DNA of 64,000 nucleotides, from NCBI GenBank assembly GCA_951406725.2, contig OX597826.1, forward strand, positions 47,864,001 through 47,928,000, in the 5' to 3' direction. Each line of letters begins with the position of its first letter. Positions within the stretch are counted from its first letter, which is position 1. The notes under the pieces are model-generated. The model was not told where the DNA came from. It was given only the letters and a program-made list of their open reading frames with translations, and did no database searches. This document shows positions 54,272 to 64,000 of this stretch, piece after piece. The stretch comes from Octopus vulgaris. Its lineage: Eukaryota. The translations under genes were made by a program, and so were the position numbers.

Positions 54272-54484
54272 TACTCTTTTATTCTCTTTTACTTGTTTCA
54301 GTCATTTGACTGTGGCTATGCTGGAGCACCGCCTTTAGTCGATCAAATCGACCCTGGGACTTATTCTTTGTAAGCCCAGTACTTATTCTATCGTTCTCTT
54401 TTGCCGAACCGCTAAGTGACGGGGACGTAAACACACCAGCATCGGTTGTCAAGCAATGCTAGAGGGACAAACACACAAACATAT

Positions 54485-54546
<62 letters not shown>

Positions 54547-54703
54547 GACAGGCTTCTTTCAGTTTCCGTCTGCCAAATCCACTCACAAGGCTTTAGTCGG
54601 CCCGAGGCTATAGCAGAAGACATTTGCCCAAGATGCTACGCAGTGGGACTGAACCCAGAACCATGTGGTTGGTTAGCAAGCTACTTACCACACAGCAACT
54701 CCT
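54272..54703 (-). mobile_element. SINE family A, full length
   Basis: Head to tail match; another copy at 61305-61742(-). Confidence 0.9.
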
Positions 54704-55285
54704 TGTTGTTTGAATTCTATAAAGAGCGTCGTGAAATTTGATCTTCACAAAGTTGGATATCATTTATTTTAATGAAGAATTTATTGTTTCCGATTGCTTG
54801 CAGATGAATCTTTGAAAAGATGAAAACGTAATGAGCTCCAGGGTTCTATTGTTCTTTTATTTGTTTCAATTACTGGACTTTGGCCATTATGTGACACCGT
54901 CTAGAAGGGATTTGTCAAGCAAATTGTTCTGAAGTCAGTAACTTATTTCATTGAGGGAAGTTTAATCAAAAATCCTTTTCGAGACATTCCGACTCAAAAC
55001 GGTCGGTTTCTCGGTTTCCATGGCTTATAAATTCCCCATCTGGACAAGCCATCGTAGAATTACTCATTTTTTTGGCAGCTGAGTGGACTGGAGCAACATG
55101 AAATGAAGTGTTTTGCTCAAGAACACAACGCGTCGCCCGGTCTAGGAATCGAAACCACAATCTTAAGCTCATGAGTCCTACACCCTCACCACTAAGGCAC
55201 GTGCCTCCACTTGAGGGAAGTTCGACGACAAGCAGATCATGTTTTCCTGAAAAAAATCATTTAAATTGAAAAATATATTTGAAAA

Positions 55286-55893
55286 GGCGGTGAGCTGGAG
55301 GAAACGTTAGCACGCCGGGCGAAATGCTTAGCAGCATTTCGTCTGCCGCTACGTTCTGAGTTCAAATTCCGCCGAGGTCGACTTTGCCTTTCATCCTTTC
55401 GGGGTCGATTAAATAAGTACTAGTTACGCACTGGGGTCGATATAATCGACTTAATCCCTTTGTCTGTCCTTGTTTGTCCCCTCTATGTTTAGTTCCCTCT
55501 GGGCAATAAAGAAATTTTTAAAAAATATTTGAAAAGAGAGTTGATAAAACTCCCTGTTTTTCAAGAAAATTGAGTTACATACCATACAAGTATAGGAAGA
55601 AAAAGCTCACGGTAAAGAAATTCTGAAATTTGAACTCAGAACGTAGCGGCAGACGAAATACCTATTTCTTTACTACCCACAAGGGGCTAAACACAGAGAG
55701 GACAAACAAGGACAGACAAACGGATTAAGTCGATTACACCGACCCCAGTGCGTAACCTGTACTTAATTTATTGACCTCGAAAGGATGAAAGGCAAAGATG
55801 ACCGCGGTGGAATTTGAACTCAGACCGTAACGGCAGACGAAATACGGTTACGCATATCGCCCGGCGTGCTAACGTTTCTGCCAGCTCGCCGCC
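55286..55893. mobile_element. two young SINE B copies in inverted (tail-to-tail) orientation
   Basis: 55286-55515(+) with TSD ATATTTGAAAAG, and 55625-55893(-). Confidence 0.9.
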
Positions 55894-56865
55894 TCTTTAT
55901 TGCAATAATTTGAATATGTATTCACTGCTTAGCTGCATTTAACAGAGCTGCTTCTACAGTATTTGTGAGCCCATGAGCAAAGCAGTGTACTGGGATTTGA
56001 ACATTTATAATCGACTGGTCCCTCCTCCAAAATTTCTGGCCTTGTGCTTAGAGTAGAAAATGTAGGAACTCTACGTGAACTACTTCAAGTTTTATGCTCA
56101 GAAGGTCACGAGAATGTAAATAAACCAACACCAATTGTCAAGGGGTGATGGGGGAAACACAGGATATATATATATATATATATATGCATGTCAGGTCCCA
56201 TCACCAAATCCTTCCAAATTCGAGGCTACAAACATGCCACGCACTGGAACAGAACTCGGACCCACGTGGTTGGGAAACAAACATCTTACCACTCAGCTAC
56301 GCCCGCGTAAAGAAATTTTTAAGCTCATACTTATTGCTTTTAATATATCCAAATTTAAAGGAAGGGGAAATTCAGTTTCAAAGACGACCTGAAAGTGCAG
56401 CTGGAAATGTGTTCCTGCATTCATTATGCAACATGCAATGCACCCATCAACATTTATTTGCATTTTGGTGCCAACTGCTTGACAAAGAACCGGTTCCACA
56501 GTCATTTGTTATGCACTAATTAAATGTCATTTCCTTAAAGAAATGGGAAAGAGGGCAGTTTACACACACACACACAAACACATATACACACACACACATA
56601 CATGCACAAACACACACGTGTGTGTGTGTTTGTGTATATAGTTAAACTAATACAATATTTGTGAAATTTGTTCCTCCTGCATCGTTTTATATCTTATTTT
56701 TGTTTTTTTTGTTCATAGCTTTTACAATATATGTGTAAGTCTGTGTGTATGCATTGCATACACGCATACATATACATGTATACATATATATATATACACA
56801 CACACATATATATATAAACATACATATGTATATTTATACACATTCGCATACACACATACATACAT

Positions 56866-56914
<49 letters not shown>

Positions 56915-57228
56915 CATGCATATTTCTACATATATACATAAATACATATATAATACATTATTTGTATAATGTTACTTTTATATTAGTTCCTTTGATGAAA
57001 ATATTATTTCAACTTTGTACATCAATTTTACTTACTGTGAATGAAGAATGTTCCTTCGAGACCCTAAATTAAATCCCCATTAGTCTCCGTGCAACTCCCT
57101 AACATTCCACTCCAGCACATACTCTTTATATTTGTTTTGATAGCATTTTTGAATTCATTAAATTTTCTACACACTGCTCATATACATACATACACCCACG
57201 CATACACATGTATATATATACATACATT

Positions 57229-57267
<39 letters not shown>

Positions 57268-57479
57268 ATGTATGTATATATAGCTCTATAAATCTTTGTA
57301 TAAATATGCATGTACACATGCAAATATCTCTATATAATCTTACAATAACAGTGCTCCTGGCATGAACCTCTAACTTATTGTGTTCTCTGTTACTCAATTT
57401 GTGCAAATCGTGAGTGCAGAGGTCACAAAAAAAATTTCCTGTAATGGACGACGTCAGTATGTTTTTATATTTACGAATG

Positions 57480-58930
57480 TTTCCACAAATCACTGTGCTA
57501 TATTGCAGAGTTGTGCCCAGTCGTCGATGACGTAACAAAAGTAACTGGAATAATGTTATAACGCTGAAAACCTAGCTGCCACCACACGTGTGGTAAGAAG
57601 GGTCAATTGAAGGATGAAGTTTTTATGCCCGTAAGAGCTTAACACTCTTACGCTTAAGATGTGCTACGAAGTTAGCATTATTAACCATATCAACCACAGC
57701 AGATTCCTGAAGCTGTTGTTTCGACAGCATCACGAGCTGTATGAGAGATTTTAGCTCCGTGAATAACCACATGATATGCCTTGTTTTCAATTCCTGAAAC
57801 CGATTTCCATGAATCAAAAGCCAAAGACTACTATGGTACCTTATTTCTTTACTACTCACAAGGGGCTAAACACAGAGAGGACAAACAAGGACAGACAAAC
57901 GGATTGAGTCGATTACATCGACCCCAGTGCGTAACTGGTACTTATTTAATCGACCCCGAAAGGATGAAAGGCAAAGTCGTCCTCAGCGGAATTTGAACTC
58001 AGAACGTAACGGCAGACGAAATACTGCTAAGCATTTCGCCCGGCGTGCTAACGTTTCTGCCAGCTCGCCGCCTTAAAGAATCCTATGGTACCGATTTATA
58101 GAAGTGCCATGTTGTTCCCTTGGGACAATGAGGTTGATATAGAAAGAGAACAGGAATAGAAGTCAATCGGATGGAGAGTGAAAGTAGAAAATACCACTAC
58201 TACCTCCCAAAAACCATGTTTACTCAAAGGATAAATGAAGTGGATTTCACGACTGTGCAGGATACCAATGTTTTCCTGAAGGTACATACAGAAAGCTTTG
58301 AGAAATTCTATGTGGAACATTTGAGGATGGAAAGATGAAAATAAAACGAGGAAATTTCTCAAGAAACTCCTTATGTGTTTACTACCCACAAGGGGCTAAA
58401 CATAGAGGGGACAAACAAGGACAGACAAACGGATTAAGTCGATTACATCGACCCCCAGTGCGTAACTGGTACTTAATTTATCAACCCCGAAAGGATGAAA
58501 GGCAAAGTCAACCTCGGCGGAATTTGAACTCAGAACGTAGAGATAGACTAAATGCTGCTAGCATTATACTTGGCATGCTAATGATTCTTATTTCTTTATT
58601 GCCCACAAGGGGCTAAACATAGAGGGGACAAACAAGGACAGACAAACGGATTAAGTCGATTACATCGACCCCCAGTGCGTAACTGGTACTTAATTTATCG
58701 ACCCCGAAAGGATGAAAGGCAAAGTCAACCTCGGCGGAATTTGAACTCAGAACGTAACGGCAGACGAAATACGGCTACGCATTTCGCCCGGCGTGCTAAC
58801 GATTCTGCCAGCTCGCCGCCCTTTCTCAAGAAACTCCTATCATGCAGTATCGACGAAAGTACACTCAATGGTCGATCACTGCAAGAAAAATCTCTTGCCA
58901 CACATGTCGGGCTATTGTCATGTTCAACAC
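57480..58930 (-). mobile_element. possible decayed DIRS-like RT/RNase H fragment interrupted by SINE B copies
   Basis: RHIMWLFTELKSLIQLVMLSKQQLQESAVVDMVNNANFVAHLKRK resembles the DIRS RNase H pattern HINxLELxA....DNxTxVAYxxKQG. Confidence 0.35.
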
Positions 58931-59150
58931 TAAGGCGGCGAGTTGGCAGAATCGTTAGCGCGCCGGGAAAAAAATGCTTAACGGCATTTCGTCCGTCTTT
59001 ATGTTCTGAGTTCAAATACCACCGAGGTCGACTTTGCCTTTCATTCTTTCGAGGTCGATAAATTAAACACCAGTGAAACACTGGAGGTCAATGTGATCGA
59101 CTTATCCCCTTCCCACAAATTTCAGGCCTTGTCCTATAGTAGAAAGGATT
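57840..59150. mobile_element. cluster of SINE B copies: 57840-58073(-), 58380-58820(-, dimer), 58933-59150(+)
   Basis: TSDs CTATGGTACC and TTTCTCAAGAAACTCCT. Confidence 0.9.
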
Positions 59151-59689
59151 ATTACATTCAAAACTGAAAACGCTCATAAAGAGTTTTGAGTGCAGTAGAT
59201 ACCAGTACAAGGAATAGCCGAAGGCAAAATCGTGAAATGCTCTAACCCATCTTAGATGGTGATTTCTCATCCGACTGTGTGTGGGTGGGTTACTCAATCT
59301 GTTTTTCTTGATTCCTAAGATCATGTATTTAAATCCTTTATTTCTGTGTTTTTCTGTAATCATCTAGTTATATTGTGTAGTCTAAACATTTGATTGTTAT
59401 CTTTTTAGCCCTCTCGCGTTTTTATATACCTTTGTTTCGTTTGCACACACACGTATTTTAGCAATACGTGTGTACATAGATATCTTAAATGAATGGAACT
59501 TCGTCTGTCGTTATGTTCGGGGTTCAAAGTCCACTTGAGATCAACTTTGCCTTTCTTTCTTCAAGGGTCGATAAAATAAATACCAGTTGAGCACTGGGTT
59601 CGATGTAATTGACTAGTTCCCACCCCAAATTTTCACGCTTTGTGCCTATAGTAGAAAGGATTATATGAATGGAAATTGGTTGTTATAAT

Positions 59690-60120
59690 AAAGAATTAAG
59701 CAAAAACCAAGCCTGTCATCTGGAGTCTCACCAGACATTTACAGCTTTCTAGTTGTCAGGGAATACAGCCGATAAAGAATTTCGTATTTGCATTCTATAG
59801 AGGACGAGTAGTGTAGTTTCTCTGGTTGGATAGAGTAATCAGAAACATTAATGGTTCGAGAAAGGTTCAGCATTCATAGGAATGTCTTCAGCCTGGACCA
59901 TCCCAAGACGTGAGAAGAGCGATAATGAAACTGCTGTGCACGCATTTGTTTAGTGTCCAAACATTGTTAATTTGCAAGGCTTTGTCGAACAGCTGGTGCC
60001 GTAAGTAGAACGGATCCGGTTGTCAACGAAGTCCAACGTGAGGATTGCCTCACCGCATTTATTTGGCGGTGATCTTAAAGGAGATTTTCTTCTGTTTGGT
60101 AGCTATGGCCAAAGAGTTTA
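59690..60120 (+). mobile_element. decayed L1/Tx1-like LINE C-terminal zinc-finger region
   Basis: SDNETAVHAFV*CPNIVNLQGFVEQL..RIRLS matches the ETxxHxFxxCP motif. Confidence 0.5.
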
Positions 60121-60255
60121 AGAATGCTCGTGACTAAAATAATTATTATCATTATTGAGTGTGAGAGCAGCGCATGCCATCAAAGTGTACACGATAACAC
60201 TTCTAGTCAGTTAAGATCAGAAGCCATGAGAGAGCCATATTATTATTATTATTAC

Positions 60256-60302
<47 letters not shown>

Positions 60303-60307
<5 letters not shown>

Positions 60308-60716
60308 CCTTATTTTTATAATGTACTTTCAGTGCACTACCGAGCGCACTTCTGTGTGCCTTGGGTATATGCTCGGTTTTGTTATGATGCTCTTATTTTT
60401 ATTGTATTGAAAGTGTTTTACGTAGGATGTGAGCGTTGCCTAGAAGTACTATTTTCTGTATGTTATATATACTTCTTAGTCCTGGTGTTTTTGTTATATA
60501 TTTGCCTGAATACATTTTTATCATATCCAATACACCTACTATGATAGGAATTGTTTCTGCCTTTTGACTCCACATTCGCGTTACCTCTATTCCCAGATCC
60601 TTGTATTTTGAAAGTTTTCCCATTTCTTTTAGAGAAACATTGTCATCTTTTCGTATTGATACATCGATTAGAAAGTTTTTTTTCTTGGCGATTTCTGACA
60701 ACTATATCCGGCTATA
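60303..60716 (-). mobile_element. R4/Dong-like element, restriction-like endonuclease domain and 3'UTR
   Basis: PDIVV..FLIDVSI..DDNVSLKEMGKLSKYKDLGIEVTRMW..IPIIVG..HILRKTLSIQ; between (TAT)n and (CAT)n. Confidence 0.9.
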
Positions 60717-60750
60717 TATCATCATCATCATCATCATCATCATCATTATT

Positions 60751-60838
<88 letters not shown>

Positions 60839-61193
60839 GGCAAGTGGCAAAGCTAGTAATGCACTGAAGTGGGCTAATGAGAAATTAAAATATGAGAGGA
60901 ACATGAAGAGGGGGTTTGGTTGTATGCAAGATACATTGTTACACCAGTTGGAAGCGACAGATGTGTCAAGACTCGTGCATAAAATACAAAAGTAAGACAA
61001 AAACAAAAGCACAAACTTTATAGAAACTTTATAGAAGGATTTTGTGAGTAAGAATAATCCTTCTTCGATAAGACGTGGGTTAATTTGGCTTGATTTTTAA
61101 AGATTTCTTTTTTTTTTAATTTTTTATTAATAATTCTTTTTCAAATATAGTGACTACAAAGAACTTTGTCCAAAAGCACACCCACACACCCAC

Positions 61194-61234
<41 letters not shown>

Positions 61235-62015
61235 CATATACATATGTTTATGCATTTATGCATACACACACACACATATATACATATATACACACACATA
61301 TATATTCTTTTATTCTTTTATTTGTTTCAGTCATGTGACTGCGACAATGCCGGAGCAGCACCTTTAGTGAGCAAATCGCCCCCAGCACTTATTCTTTGTA
61401 AGCCTAGTACTTATTCTATCGGTCTGTTTTGCCGAACCGCTAAGTTACGGGGGACGTGAACACACCAACATTGGTTCCCAAGCGTTGGTGGGGGACAAAC
61501 ACAGGCACACAAACACACACGCGCGCGCGCGCACACACACACACACGCACACACACACATACATATATATGTATATATATATGACGGGCTTCTTTCAGCT
61601 TCTGTCTACCAAATCCACTCACAAGGCTTTGGTCGGCCTGAGGCTATAGTAGAAGAAACTTGCCCAAGGTGACACGCAGTAGGACTGAACCCAGAACCAT
61701 GTGATTGGGAAGCAAGCTACTTACTACACAGCCACTCCTGCATGTATGTAAGCACGAATGTAAGCACGAATGTATGTATGTATGTATGTATGTATGGATG
61801 GATGGATGGATGGATGGATGGATGGATGGATGGGTGAATGGATGCACATTTATACATACGTGTTCACATCATACAAAATACATGCATACAGCAAATATGC
61901 TTACATTCATACATACATACGTGCTTATATATACATACTCACATATACTTACATCCTTCCGTCCATCCATCCATCCATCCATCCATCCATTCATCCATAC
62001 GTACACACACACGCA

Positions 62016-62080
<65 letters not shown>

Positions 62081-62301
62081 GGTATTCTTTTCTGTTGGCT
62101 GGTTTAAAGAGAGACGAAGGAAACTCAAGAGACTCACTTGATAAACCGGTAAATTTTTATTTAATAAAAATGCCTTAATTACATAAACATGTTAATATTA
62201 TGAACGTGTTCCACTTCATTATCCCCTTTATATATATAATACATTTCTTACAAACATAATCATCATAATCATCAATAACATCATCATCATCATCATCATC
62301 A

Positions 62302-62344
<43 letters not shown>

Positions 62345-62539
62345 CGTCGACAAAATGCTGAGGGGCATTTTGTCTTCGTTTACATTCTGAGTTCAAATTC
62401 TGCCAAGGTCGACTTTGCGTTTCGTGTTTTCGGGGTCAATAAAACTAAATTCTAATAGGATACTGGGGTCGATGTAATTGATTTATCGCCTCCCCCCAAA
62501 TTGCTGGTCAACATTTGGTAGTTTCAGGCAGCATTATAT

Positions 62540-62822
62540 ATTCTTTTCTGTTGTTGGGAGTGTGCAGACACTTCCCGGTATTGTATTTTGTTAGTTTTCT
62601 TTTTCTCTTGAATTGTGGTGCATCCTTTTGTTGTATTACTGCTTGCATTCTGTATTGAACGTGTAATGCATTGGTTATGCGGATTGCTGGTGGAAGTTTA
62701 TTCCATTGGATAATTGCTGTATAGAGTGTGTCGTGTGTTTGTGGATTGCTTTGTTATGGTTGTATTATTGAATTGATAGTATCTTGCGTAGGATGTGAGC
62801 TGTTCTTAAAAGGGCTATTTTT
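62540..62822 (-). mobile_element. R4/Dong-like 3' end, third UTR type
   Basis: IALLRTAHILRKILSIQ then UTR; adjacent to (TAT)n. Confidence 0.7.
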
Positions 62823-63249
62823 TTTATTATTATTGTTGTTATTATTATTATTATTAAAGCGGTGAACTGATAAAATTGTTAGCACCTTAGGTGAAATGCT
62901 TGGCGGCATTTCGTCAATCTTCACGTTGTGAGTTCAAATTCTGCCGAGGTCGACTTTGCCTTCCATCCGTTCGGCGTCAATGAAATAACCAGTTGAACAC
63001 TAGGACCGATGTCATCAATTAGCCTCTTTCCCTCGAAGTTTCAGGCTTTGTGCCTATAGTAGAAAGGATTATTATTATTATCACTGAATGAGAGAGCGGT
63101 GCATGCCATCAAAGTGACACTGGGGTACAAACATACGAAGCCCATCATGACTTCCAATCGGTTAAGATCAGAAGCCATGAGAGCCACTGCCTGGTACTGC
63201 ATTATTACTGTTATTATTATTATTAATTATTATTATTATTATTATTGTT

Positions 63250-63510
63250 TTTACTTTTTTTTTCTTCTTTCAAATTTGCTTCCATTTCTTGCCGAGTGTC
63301 TTCCCGACTCCTAGGGCAAAGAAACTCATAGTATACATTGGTAGGCCATTAAACCAAACTCAACAGTTCGTTCATTTTTTTTTTTTTTAAGTTAAATTAA
63401 AATACATGAGCAGCAACAGTTCTCACATCGACAATGCTCTTCTCAATACGTGTGATGTACCAGTTAAGACAATCTTTTGCACTTCTTGCAGGGATGGTAA
63501 GCCAGGGATC
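63250..63510 (-). mobile_element. R4/Dong-like 3' end, subfamily of 35320-35765
   Basis: IPGLPSLQEVQKIVLTGTSHVLRRALSM; (TAT)n on both sides. Confidence 0.8.
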
Positions 63511-63512
63511 AT

Positions 63513-63557
<45 letters not shown>

Positions 63558-63894
63558 GTGTTGTTGTTGTTGTTATGCGGTGGAGACAAAGTTGGAACTC
63601 TGTCCATAAGGGAAACTACAGGAAACTCATCATCATCATTTCTCTCTTGCAAGAGAGCATTTGTTTCCTCTCCACCACTAAGCTTAACATCCTTTCCATA
63701 ATCAGAGAAGTTTCTTATACCCAACACGTGTGCAGATAACTTCCTGTGGATAGACATTAGATGAAATATAATTAGTCAGTAATTAAACTAAATACTAACA
63801 CACAAGCAGACGCACACATGTATACACACACACACACTCACACATACATATTTGTATGTAGGTATGAAGGTATATATATATATATGTCTATCTG

Positions 63895-63973
<79 letters not shown>

Positions 63974-64000
63974 AAAGCAGGGAGAAATGGAGATATATAT

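Noticed and set aside
57440-57595. CRE and E-box cluster (GACGTCA, TGACGTAA, CACGTG) as a promoter
   Set aside because: Lies within or beside a probable decayed retroelement, and short motifs are expected by chance.

Overview
AT-rich animal genomic DNA saturated with microsatellites and SINEs. The repeat families and composition look like an octopod cephalopod (Octopus sp.); this is my inference from memory, not a database result. I find no convincing host protein-coding gene. Almost all tracked ORFs are microsatellite read-throughs, and the real protein-like ones are decayed retroelements: Penelope-like, CR1/L2-like, R4/Dong-like, RTE, L1/Tx1-like, a Gypsy LTR with gag start, and possibly DIRS. 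At least four SINE families, several MITE/fold-back elements and one 100-N assembly gap are present. The most interesting signals are RNA-structural: (1) a 360-nt hairpin in unique sequence (18614-18973) whose mismatches are strongly biased to G.U on the + strand; (2) an inverted pair of minimal hammerhead-ribozyme motifs (47289-47490) plus a degenerate one beside the Penelope element; (3) a pre-miRNA-like hairpin (28948-29013); (4) a SINE/LINE shared 3' stem-loop with compensatory changes; (5) SINE multimers that appear to have moved as units. Coordinates and mismatch counts were made by eye and are approximate for old repeats.
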